A stretch of DNA of 64,000 nt from Candidatus Aenigmatarchaeota archaeon (GTDB lineage: Archaea > Aenigmatarchaeota > Aenigmatarchaeia > CG10238-14 > SCSR01), in contig JAWBWS010000002.1 in NCBI GenBank assembly GCA_038999725.1, positions 64,001 to 128,000 on the forward strand. The letters are read 5' to 3'. Both the position numbers and the translations under genes were made by a program. The notes beneath the pieces were generated by a model. The model saw only the letters and a program-made list of their open reading frames with translations. It made no database searches and was not told where the DNA came from. Below, piece after piece: positions 9,290 through 18,347 of the stretch. Position 1 is the stretch's first letter. Every line of letters starts with the position of its first letter.

Positions 9290-10676
9290 AGATATACTTC
9301 CGGTAACAAATGTTTTAGAATTTAAGAAAAAACTCTGGTTCACGGAATATGGTTTTAGAATTGGAAAATGGTTTAAAGGTGAAAAGAAAGGACCTATAAG
9401 AATAGATGCTGAAATAACACGACAGTGTAATTCTAATTGTATTTTTTGCTCTAGAAGGGCTTCTAAAATTGACTTGAATGAAGAATCGAAAAGAATAGAA
9501 ATGCCGGTAAAAAGATGGGTCGAACTGGCAAAAGAATCTGGCGAACTTGGTGTAAAAAACTGGAATATTTCTGGTATAGGAGAACCTATGATGAGAGCAG
9601 ACATAGCAATTCCCACAATGAGAATGCTTAAAGCTTATGACATTTTTGGAGAATTGACAACAAACGGCACTCTTTGGAAGGACAAACAAATAAAAGAAGT
9701 TGTTGAAATGCAATGGGATAGTATATGTATAAGTATAGATGGGCCTAATGCGAGAATTCATAACTCTTTGAGGAGGGTTGATGGCTTTTTTGAAAAAGCT
9801 AAATGGACTGCCAAGCGATTTAGTTTTTGGAAGAAAAAACTCAAGACAGAATTTCCAAGCATTACTATTAATGTAGTATTGAATAAAATGAATTATGATA
9901 AATTGCCTGAAATGGTTGAACTGGCTAATGAAGTACATGCTGATGCTATCTTCGCAGAGCCTATGGTTTTATTTTCAGATATAGCAAAACATTTACAACT
10001 TGATGAAAAGGATGTAAAAAAACTGCCGAAATATGTAGCGAAAGCAAGAGAAATTGGGGAGAAGTACGGAATACTCCCAACAATAAGTTGTGTTGGTGTT
10101 GAATTAGAATTTGATAAAAAACTTATAGAAAAGGTTAGTAAAGCAAGGGAACTACTGATTAATGAAGCAAAAAAATACAGTGGCGACGAATTACTCTCTT
10201 TACCATGTTATATGCCATGGTACTTCCTTATGATAAGAGTTGATGGTTCGGTGTCGCCATGTGGAGAATTAGAAATTTCCGATAGTGTGAGAAACAAAAG
10301 TCTAAGAGAAGTTTGGTTTGGTGAAATTTTTGAAAAAATTAGAAAGGAGTTTGTTGAATGCCAACTACCTAAAACTTGTGACAAATGTAGACCTAATACT
10401 CTAAATGACATTAAGCAAATGAGAAGGGCAATAATTAAGGGTAGAGATGTTTCTCTACTACAGAAAGAAATATTAGACCTCCTGGAAGAAAATAGACATT
10501 TAAGGAAAGAAATATATGCGCTCAAAAACAAGAGAAGCTACAAAACAAGAAAATGGATGGAAGAAGAGAAAGAGTTGATTAAAATAAAAAGTTCCTTAAC
10601 TTTTAAGATAATGACAAAAATTGGAAATTCAAGAATTGGGAAAATAATTAAAAGACATTTTGGCGCTTATGTATGA
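9279..10676 (+). CDS. radical SAM/SPASM-Twitch protein with C-terminal coiled-coil/amphipathic extension
   Basis: CNSNCIFC, GIGEP, PCYMPW, CDKC, followed by a ~90 aa helical tail. Confidence 0.9.
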   Translation: MKFRDILPVTNVLEFKKKLWFTEYGFRIGKWFKGEKKGPIRIDAEITRQCNSNCIFCSRRASKIDLNEESKRIEMPVKRWVELAKESGELGVKNWNISGIGEPMMRADIAIPTMRMLKAYDIFGELTTNGTLWKDKQIKEVVEMQWDSICISIDGPNARIHNSLRRVDGFFEKAKWTAKRFSFWKKKLKTEFPSITINVVLNKMNYDKLPEMVELANEVHADAIFAEPMVLFSDIAKHLQLDEKDVKKLPKYVAKAREIGEKYGILPTISCVGVELEFDKKLIEKVSKARELLINEAKKYSGDELLSLPCYMPWYFLMIRVDGSVSPCGELEISDSVRNKSLREVWFGEIFEKIRKEFVECQLPKTCDKCRPNTLNDIKQMRRAIIKGRDVSLLQKEILDLLEENRHLRKEIYALKNKRSYKTRKWMEEEKELIKIKSSLTFKIMTKIGNSRIGKIIKRHFGAYV

Positions 10677-11766
10677 GTTTTTTGATAATATTCTCTTTCA
10701 ATCGCTTACGCAATTCCATCTGAAGGGGTATGTGAGTAAGAACACAGTTCTGGCATTCCTCGGGTAGTTCTCTTTTCAGAATTCTTTTTCTAAAATTCTC
10801 GAATTCTGTACCATACCATATTTCTTTAAAGCTTTTATCTTTTATGTTTGTAGTCTTAAAGTGGACTGTAGAACAGGGCCACAATTCACCGTTGGCTTCA
10901 ATCTTAGGCCAAAGCCAAGGTTCGTAGCAAGGAGAAGAAAGAAACGGATGTTCTTTATTTTCACAATGCTTTAATATTTCGGCTTTCAATTTTCCAGCTT
11001 TTTCGATAAACTTCACTTTTTTGAGTTGTTGAAAATTAGTGTTTATATTAAATTTATTTGCCAACTTTTCTGCTCTGGGAAGAATTTCCTTAAAAAATAA
11101 TCTTCTTTCATCCTTACTCAGTTTAATCGATTCTGCTTCTTTATTGTTAATACAAAGAGGCTCGAGATTAACCCCTTTAACTCCTAATTCATAGGCAAGA
11201 CTTATAATTTCCGGTACCTCTTTATAATTCAGTTTATTTAGAACAAAAGTGAATTCAGTTAGTGGAAAGTTTGAGCCGAACTTTTTTTTGTATGAATTTA
11301 ATAACTTCAAGTTCTTTAATAGCTTGGTAAATGCTTTGTTGCATCCTGTTAAAAAATTGTGTGTTTCTGGAGTAGAACCATGCAAGCTAATCATAACTTT
11401 GTCCCACTTTATCTTTATAAGCATTTTTAAGTGAGAACTTTTCCAGCATGTGTTATTCGTGATAATGCATCCTTCTCCACCATACGACTTAATAATTTTC
11501 ATTATTCCCAATGTTTTAGATGGGGATAACAGTGGTTCCCCCCCACCAGAAATTAGAAATTTTTTTACTCCCATCTCACATATTTCCCTTGTTACTTCTA
11601 AAAGTCTTTTTGTGGAGATCTCTTCTTTCGGGTTGTATAAATGGGCTCTTTGTACACAAAAAATACAGCTTAAGTTACAACTATTTGTAGGGTAAATCTG
11701 AACGGCCTCCGGTGGGCTTTTTATTCCTTCATACCAATTACACAACCTCTCTATTACTGACTCCAT
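10648..11766 (-). CDS. radical SAM/SPASM-Twitch protein
   Basis: Start MESVIERL; CNLSCIFC, GGGEP, PCYEPW, CQNC. Confidence 0.9.
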   Translation of the reverse strand: MESVIERLCNWYEGIKSPPEAVQIYPTNSCNLSCIFCVQRAHLYNPKEEISTKRLLEVTREICEMGVKKFLISGGGEPLLSPSKTLGIMKIIKSYGGEGCIITNNTCWKSSHLKMLIKIKWDKVMISLHGSTPETHNFLTGCNKAFTKLLKNLKLLNSYKKKFGSNFPLTEFTFVLNKLNYKEVPEIISLAYELGVKGVNLEPLCINNKEAESIKLSKDERRLFFKEILPRAEKLANKFNINTNFQQLKKVKFIEKAGKLKAEILKHCENKEHPFLSSPCYEPWLWPKIEANGELWPCSTVHFKTTNIKDKSFKEIWYGTEFENFRKRILKRELPEECQNCVLTHIPLQMELRKRLKENIIKKLIHKRQNVF

Positions 11767-11767
11767 A

Positions 11768-12781
11768 CTACTTCCTGTATTTTTTATCAATTGATTTCAA
11801 GTCAATAGAACATTCTATACACATTTCCGGTATTTTTTTCATATGTCTTTTCAGCATACTTTCTCTCAATTCATTAAATCTCTCTCCGAACCATATGTTC
11901 TTCAAAGTTTTATTTTTTATTGACTCTACAGGGAAAATTGTTTCTGGGACATTAAGAAAAATACAACAGGGTGCAACCCTGCCATCTGCAAAGATTACCA
12001 TCTCATTAAAAGGCAAAGTGCAGAATGGCGACTTATCTTCGTATTTTTCACGCCATTTATTTTCCTTATCATTGTCTTCTATTTCTAAAACCTCTGGAAG
12101 AAAATCTTGATCTAAAACTATGTTCTTTCTCTTAGCTAAATCTTCGAAATGTTTCATGTTTTTTTGTAGGTATCTGAATTGAAAGGAGTCGGGTTTGTAT
12201 ATTTCGCCATACTTATGGGCAATTCTTAAACTTATTTTGTTAACCTTAAACTTAGAGGCTATTTTTATCATTTTTTCTATTTCATTAATATTATGCTTAG
12301 TCAGAACCATTACAATACTAATCTCGGGTTTATCCTTTTTCATTTTGGCCTTCCATTTTGCTACCTTCTTGATGCCCTCAAAGCTCATCTTAAGAGAACC
12401 CCTCACACCTCTTAAAAACTCATCTAGTTTTACTGATGTGGAATGTAAGCTAACTTTATATAAACTCGAACACTCTGCTATTATTTTTGCTATTTTATCC
12501 GTAATTAGCACACCATTTGTTATTATTTCACTTTCAATTCCGTATGAATGGAATGATTTTACCATAAAAGATATCAATTTTGGTCTTAAAAGAGGTTCGC
12601 CACCTCCAGAAATTGTGATTATTTCTGGTTTTAATTCACATAATTCTTTTGTTACTTGAATGAATTTCTCATCTTCTAAATCTACGCATCCCCTATACCT
12701 TATTGGAATATCGCAAAAAATACATTTTAGATTACATTTATTAGTTAAATGAACTTGCGCTTTTTTTAATTGGACTTTCAT
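11768..12781 (-). CDS. radical SAM/SPASM-Twitch protein (lacks the family N-terminal helix)
   Basis: CNLKCIFC, GGGEP, CTLPF, CIEC. Confidence 0.9.
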   Translation of the reverse strand: MKVQLKKAQVHLTNKCNLKCIFCDIPIRYRGCVDLEDEKFIQVTKELCELKPEIITISGGGEPLLRPKLISFMVKSFHSYGIESEIITNGVLITDKIAKIIAECSSLYKVSLHSTSVKLDEFLRGVRGSLKMSFEGIKKVAKWKAKMKKDKPEISIVMVLTKHNINEIEKMIKIASKFKVNKISLRIAHKYGEIYKPDSFQFRYLQKNMKHFEDLAKRKNIVLDQDFLPEVLEIEDNDKENKWREKYEDKSPFCTLPFNEMVIFADGRVAPCCIFLNVPETIFPVESIKNKTLKNIWFGERFNELRESMLKRHMKKIPEMCIECSIDLKSIDKKYRK

Positions 12782-14031
12782 TCAATCACCTCTTTAATTA
12801 CTTTTCCATCCATCCACTTTGGAATAGGTATATTTAAAAGATAAAGAATAGTTGGTGCTATATCTTCTACTTTTACTTTTCCTATATCATAATTTTTCTT
12901 TATCTTTGGTCCTTTAATAGCAAACACGCCTCTCTTCGGAGAAGGGGCGCCTGTTTGTTTGGTTACCCAAATTTTAAATTTCTCACGATTTGGAAGTATT
13001 ATGTTAAGCCAGCCACATTGATAACCAGTAAAACTTGGGTGAAAATTGAAGGAAAAAGAAAGGTAATCTCCGTTCCAATTTATATTTTTTATAAATCTGT
13101 CTCCGTTCAAGAGCTTTATTTTACCAAGAATTTTCTTAATCTTTTCTTTTTCCTTCTCACTCTTTCCGGGTAAATAGAAAACTGGCTTTACCTTTGGTAA
13201 AAACTGAGGATAAACATCTGTAGCATAAAATTGTAAATCTATCCCTAACTTTTTTGTCAACTCTATAGTTTCATTACCCAGTGTGTATATTGGATACTCT
13301 CTAATCTTATTACCAGAGTCTGTAGCAATAATAGTTATAGCTTCAGGAAATTTCTTTTCAATTTCACCCAGGAAAAAATCGAGATGTTGAAATAAACTGA
13401 AAAACTTTCTTTTTATTGATTGAGAGTTTTTACTTTTCGAAAATATATATTTCCAAAAAGTATGAGTAGGTCCGTGTGTTCTCTCCTCCATACATATGAA
13501 TAAATCTACATCATATTTCTTTATTAACATTAAAGCCGCATGTGGGTTAAAAAAATCTGACTCTGAAGGATAGTCGGTCCAAAAGATTTTTCTCAATTCT
13601 TTTGGATATGTTTTATACTCATCATCTTGAGAGCATCTACCTGTAACCATAAACCCATTTATCTTTTTAGCAGGCCAAGTCAATAACCAATGGTAAATAC
13701 CAACTTTTTTGCCATACTCTGCTGCTATATCCCATATTGGTTTAACTTTTATGTCTAAACGTGTATAAATCCTTCCTGCATTTAAGTACTCCCCATCACT
13801 ATACTCTCCATACCCGATTCCATGTTTTTCTTTTTTTACTCCTGTTACAATTGTGGTAAATTCTACTGGAGAGCTACATTTATCTTCTTGAGGTACTATT
13901 TCTCCATAACTTCCATCTTTAAGAAATCTTGAAAAATTTTTCATTTCACCTTCTTTTATCATAATTTTAACTAACTTCCAATCAAAATGTGGGATGCCAA
14001 TTAAAAACACTCTTTTTCTAACTCTAACCAT
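12778..14031 (-). CDS. alkaline phosphatase superfamily (phosphodiesterase/nucleotide pyrophosphatase-like) protein with degenerate metal ligands
   Basis: SPVEFTTIVTG..HGI, TWPA..ING, DIAPTILYLL..P..MDGK. Confidence 0.75.
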   Translation of the reverse strand: MVRVRKRVFLIGIPHFDWKLVKIMIKEGEMKNFSRFLKDGSYGEIVPQEDKCSSPVEFTTIVTGVKKEKHGIGYGEYSDGEYLNAGRIYTRLDIKVKPIWDIAAEYGKKVGIYHWLLTWPAKKINGFMVTGRCSQDDEYKTYPKELRKIFWTDYPSESDFFNPHAALMLIKKYDVDLFICMEERTHGPTHTFWKYIFSKSKNSQSIKRKFFSLFQHLDFFLGEIEKKFPEAITIIATDSGNKIREYPIYTLGNETIELTKKLGIDLQFYATDVYPQFLPKVKPVFYLPGKSEKEKEKIKKILGKIKLLNGDRFIKNINWNGDYLSFSFNFHPSFTGYQCGWLNIILPNREKFKIWVTKQTGAPSPKRGVFAIKGPKIKKNYDIGKVKVEDIAPTILYLLNIPIPKWMDGKVIKEVIE

Positions 14032-14211
14032 TTTAAATCAACTTTGAATTATTCACTAAAATTTATATTTGTATTTAAATTTTAAACTACCACCTAGTCG
14101 TCCTCTAAAGTTACTTCAAAACATGAATGAAGACGCTTCTTGGGTGGAAGAGCTTGAAAGGTTAATATAGAAGCAAAGAAAGTGTACATTATCTCTCTCC
14201 TAACATTACAC

Positions 14212-15321
14212 TTAAAATTCGTAATTCTTTAGAATTTCCCTAATAGTGATATTATCTTGAATTGAAATTGGACAGCAAGTTTTGCAAAATGAGGGTATTT
14301 TACTTTTTGCAAGGTACTCTCTAAGTTTCTTAAATTCAGGATTATTCCACACCTCTTTCAAACTTTTGTTTGAAATGTTTTCACCTTTTAGAGCTCTAGT
14401 ACAAGGCCTGGCATTTCCTTCGGAATCTATGTCCAATACCCACCATGGATAATAACATGGAATAGATAGAAGTCTTCGCTCTTTAATCATAACTTCCTTC
14501 ATTAGTTCAACTGTTGATTTCTTTTCAGGTTCAAAGTCAAAAAAATCAAAATTAGTATGTAGATTATACTTCCCTGCCAAAACTTTTGCCTCTTTCAATA
14601 TTTTTTTAAACTCTATTAAATCCTTTTTTTTAAGCCTTAGTGTTTCGCTTAATCTTTTTCTATATTCCACATTTGGAAGTTCTTCCAAAACTTCTGACAT
14701 GAAGGGTTGTAGTAATAAGGCATCAGCCTTTAATTTAAAAGCTAAAGTTGTGAATTCCTTTATGTATCTAGAGTTTAAACTAACTAACACGGGTGTTAAA
14801 ATAATTTTAGGTTTTTCTTTCCTTAACTTCTCTTTTAAATGTACCAAAAATTTTATTGCATTTACACTTCTCTTAAAAGCACCTTTCATTCCCCTTATTT
14901 TATCGTCTATTTGCGAATTAGGCCCATTCAAACTAAACCTAATTTCGTCCCATTCTATTTCCACGAGAGTTTTTAAATATTTCTTGGATAAAAGGGTACC
15001 ACTAGTTGATACTGTTCCTACTAGACCATTCTCTTTTATCTCTTTTAACAGAAGAATAGTATCTTTTCTCGTGAAGGGTTCCCCTCCACCACAAATATCA
15101 AACATTCTTACCCCCAACTCGGCTGACTCCCTTATAATTCTCAAGTACTTTTCAGTGGAAAGTTCTTTATTTTTTCTGTAAATTGGTTTGCCTCTGCTAA
15201 CACACGGCAAACAATTCAGATTACATTTATTGGTAGGACTTATTCTAACCTCATAAGGGTAAATCTTTTTCCCTTTAAACCCTTCGACAATTCTGGTTGC
15301 TATCTCTTTTTCTCTTTGCAA
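14212..15321 (-). CDS. radical SAM/SPASM-Twitch protein (TTG start)
   Basis: GGTGA RBS; CNLNCLPC, GGGEP, PCYYPW, CKTC. Confidence 0.9.
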   Translation of the reverse strand: MQREKEIATRIVEGFKGKKIYPYEVRISPTNKCNLNCLPCVSRGKPIYRKNKELSTEKYLRIIRESAELGVRMFDICGGGEPFTRKDTILLLKEIKENGLVGTVSTSGTLLSKKYLKTLVEIEWDEIRFSLNGPNSQIDDKIRGMKGAFKRSVNAIKFLVHLKEKLRKEKPKIILTPVLVSLNSRYIKEFTTLAFKLKADALLLQPFMSEVLEELPNVEYRKRLSETLRLKKKDLIEFKKILKEAKVLAGKYNLHTNFDFFDFEPEKKSTVELMKEVMIKERRLLSIPCYYPWWVLDIDSEGNARPCTRALKGENISNKSLKEVWNNPEFKKLREYLAKSKIPSFCKTCCPISIQDNITIREILKNYEF

Positions 15322-15325
15322 AATT

Positions 15326-16420
15326 TCACCTCAGTTTTAATTCATTTATTATTTCTGGTAATAATATGTTTTTCATACCACAAAATTGACACTTTTCTGT
15401 AACTTCACCATTCAGCATTTTTTCTCTTATTTTGTTAAACACATCACTAAACCAAATTTCATTCAAATTTTTCTTTCTCAAATCCAATTCAGCAATACCC
15501 TCGCCTGCACTTGTACAAGTGCCAACTTTTCCAAATGGATCAATGAACATCACATAAAAAGGATCTAGACAGGTCGGCTTTCTCAATGAAATGAAATTTT
15601 TTTCTTTAATGATTCCACCCATATCATTCACATGTATCTTTATGTTAAATTCTTTGGCTGCTTCTTGCAATTCTTTCAATTTCATATTAAATTGAAGTAC
15701 TTCACGTTCATTTAGTTTAAGCCTCTCTTTTTTTATTCTAGTGGCATTTTTTTCGTCTATCCTAAGTGTATTTAATGTTATTGTATCAATTCCAAACTTA
15801 GAAAAATACCTCATCATTGAATAAATCGTCTCATAATTTTTTGAGGTTATTACTGTATTTATTCTCAGTCTTGGTTTGTCTTTCTTCATCCTTTTTTTAA
15901 ACATTATAAAATTTTTCAAAGTATTAATACAACGACTAAACGTTCCTTTAACCCCTCTAAGTTTATCTTGAATGCTTGGTAGGTGACTATCTATACTTAT
16001 ACTTATACTATCTAAACCTACTTTGATTAAAAATTTTATATCTTTAGGTGTGAAAAGTGTACCATTGGTTGTAATAGAACAGAAAGAGTTTCCATTAGTC
16101 CTTTCTTTAAATTCTTTAACTATAGCCAAAGTCACTTCTTTTCTTGCTAATGGTTCCCCTCCACCATCTATCCACATTTCTTTAACTCCAAAATCAACAG
16201 CTCTTCTAATTATTTTCACCCAACTTTTTTCCTTTAATTCATTATCAAAATTAAACTTTCCAGAATTTCTTAATTGGGCATCTTGACAATAGGCACAGTT
16301 CAAATTACATTTATTCGTAGGAATTGCCATTATTTTAAACGGCAATGCCTTTTTGTTGCTCAGCCACTCGCGTATTCGACTTATCTTTTCTTGAAGCAAT
16401 GAATCATCTGATTGTTTCAT
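15326..16420 (-). CDS. radical SAM/SPASM-Twitch protein
   Basis: CNLNCAYC, GGGEP, CLDPF, CQFC. Confidence 0.9.
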   Translation of the reverse strand: MKQSDDSLLQEKISRIREWLSNKKALPFKIMAIPTNKCNLNCAYCQDAQLRNSGKFNFDNELKEKSWVKIIRRAVDFGVKEMWIDGGGEPLARKEVTLAIVKEFKERTNGNSFCSITTNGTLFTPKDIKFLIKVGLDSISISIDSHLPSIQDKLRGVKGTFSRCINTLKNFIMFKKRMKKDKPRLRINTVITSKNYETIYSMMRYFSKFGIDTITLNTLRIDEKNATRIKKERLKLNEREVLQFNMKLKELQEAAKEFNIKIHVNDMGGIIKEKNFISLRKPTCLDPFYVMFIDPFGKVGTCTSAGEGIAELDLRKKNLNEIWFSDVFNKIREKMLNGEVTEKCQFCGMKNILLPEIINELKLR

Positions 16421-16593
16421 ATTAATAAATAATTAAACTCAAAAATCTATTGGTTACTGTTCAACATCTCCCAACTTGAAAATGTTAAAAAATTACAATA
16501 TCTTGAAACAACTCTCCCAAAAGTCACAATAATCTCAACTTCTCTGAAAAGAAAGTGATTTATATATACCAAATAATTCTTATACACCAAAAA

Positions 16594-17163
16594 CTACACT
16601 GTGGCCAATATTTCACAATCTTTTCTTATTTCTACATCAGTGATATTTTTACAAAATTCTAATGCACCATCCTTACTTATTGCTTTATAAACACTAGCTT
16701 TGCACTTGTAAAAGGAATCATAGTCATTTTGATATATAGTAAGAATTTCATCACATTCCTCTAAACCTCTTGTAACATTTCCTACCTCTTTCCACACATC
16801 ACCTCTACAATGATATTTTTCAGGCCCAGAAATTTTATCACATTCGAGTAGTGCCGAATCTACACCTTTTACTATAAGAGAAAAAGCCAAACAAAAATTT
16901 TCAACTACATTTCCTTTTTTAGAGCATAACACACGAGCAGCATCTATTTCACCGGCTTGAGTAAGCATTCTGGCCACACAACTTATTGGATCCTGAGGGG
17001 TTGTAGCTTCACATGGAGATTTATAAGAAATACATAGATCCTTACCTTTTTTAAGATCGCTACAAAAATCCGAAGTTATTTGAATATGAGAAGTATATAG
17101 GTAAACAACCCACAAAACACAAACAATTGTTACTATGATTGATATCAGCTTTAGTAGTCTCAT
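16594..17163 (-). CDS. membrane-anchored Cys-rich helical-repeat protein
   Basis: N-terminal TM segment; 13 Cys in repeated A..EC.xI....C units. Confidence 0.75.
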   Translation of the reverse strand: MRLLKLISIIVTIVCVLWVVYLYTSHIQITSDFCSDLKKGKDLCISYKSPCEATTPQDPISCVARMLTQAGEIDAARVLCSKKGNVVENFCLAFSLIVKGVDSALLECDKISGPEKYHCRGDVWKEVGNVTRGLEECDEILTIYQNDYDSFYKCKASVYKAISKDGALEFCKNITDVEIRKDCEILATV

Positions 17164-17213
17164 ATTTTTTTTTTAAGTATAATATGAATATAAATATAAC
17201 TAATTAAAAACAT

Positions 17214-18260
17214 CTAACAAGCATTGAAAAGTATGTTTTTTTCAACAAGCAAATTGTAAATTTTTTCAGTTACTAGTTGATATCCAAATGGGTTAAGATG
17301 CAAATCTATAGAATTAAGGTATAAATTTTCTCCTGAATGTTGGAAAAACAAAGTATCTAAATCAATTATATACCAATGATTTTTTTTAACAATTTCTGGG
17401 AAAGGGGCTTTTTGGAACTCAGGGGTATGAATGGTTAAAATTATTATTTCAGTATTAAATGGAATGTAAGAAGCTAGTTTTTCAAAACTGTTTTTTATTA
17501 TCTCTTGTGCTTTTCTTTCATCAACTTCTTTTAGAGCTTTAAGTCTTATTCTGGCTTCAAAATGTACCCTCTCTTCTAAAGTTAATGGGCGTCCAAGTTT
17601 TTGTTTCAATTCACTCTCTGCTTTTCGTATTTCTTTCCCCAATTCTATGTTGCTAATGATATCATCTCCTGTATATTGAAAAATAATAATGTTGGGTGAG
17701 AAGTTTAGCGCTTTGGATCTTAAAACTTCAATTTTTTCGATTATGTCATAGCCTGGAACACCAAAATTTAACACTTCATAATTTTTCCCATCATTTCTCT
17801 CATTTAAAAGTCTTTCAAGCACTTTGGGGTAACTGTCTTCTAAATTTACACCCAAACCAAATGTATGTGAATCTCCTATTGCAATTATCCTACAGGCATT
17901 TGGAGGTTTTATTAAAGGATATTCTTTATCCCTAAATCCATAAGAATTGATTTTTATATAAACGGGTGATTGACATAAATATAAACCATCGTAAATTCCT
18001 TCATAATTTGGGCGTAATTCTGCACTTAAAAAAGAATTATTACTCCTTTCCATAAAATCATGGGGACAAGCAGGGGGCCCTGTGCCTATCTCTTTACAAG
18101 GACAGTTTGAAAAGTTTGAAGTCAAAACTTTTGGAGAGTAGCCTATTATTTGAAATTCTTTTTTATTAGAAATGATTTTGATGGAGAACAAAACTGTCAA
18201 AGTAATTATAGAAATAAGATAGGCAATGTAAACTAAAGTACTTCTTTTCATTTCTCTCAT
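17214..18260 (-). CDS. SGNH/GDSL hydrolase (SxtL-like), membrane anchored
   Basis: INSYGFRD, IGDSHTFG, NFGVPGY, DLHLN. Confidence 0.85.
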   Translation of the reverse strand: MREMKRSTLVYIAYLISIITLTVLFSIKIISNKKEFQIIGYSPKVLTSNFSNCPCKEIGTGPPACPHDFMERSNNSFLSAELRPNYEGIYDGLYLCQSPVYIKINSYGFRDKEYPLIKPPNACRIIAIGDSHTFGLGVNLEDSYPKVLERLLNERNDGKNYEVLNFGVPGYDIIEKIEVLRSKALNFSPNIIIFQYTGDDIISNIELGKEIRKAESELKQKLGRPLTLEERVHFEARIRLKALKEVDERKAQEIIKNSFEKLASYIPFNTEIIILTIHTPEFQKAPFPEIVKKNHWYIIDLDTLFFQHSGENLYLNSIDLHLNPFGYQLVTEKIYNLLVEKNILFNAC

Positions 18261-18261
18261 T

Positions 18262-18347
18262 AATTAAATAATTTTCTAAGATTAAATCATTTGTTTTCAC
18301 ACAACAAAGTAATAAGCATCTTGTGGTGAAGAAATTATGTTTTTCAT
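18262..18347 (-). pseudogene. degenerate duplicate of the carbamoyltransferase 3' end
   Basis: Reads IISSPQDAYY / (frameshift) VKTNDLILENYLI versus the intact IVCSPQDALNDFMKTNIDYLVLNNYLI; AAGCATCTTGTGGTGAA occurs in both. Confidence 0.65.
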
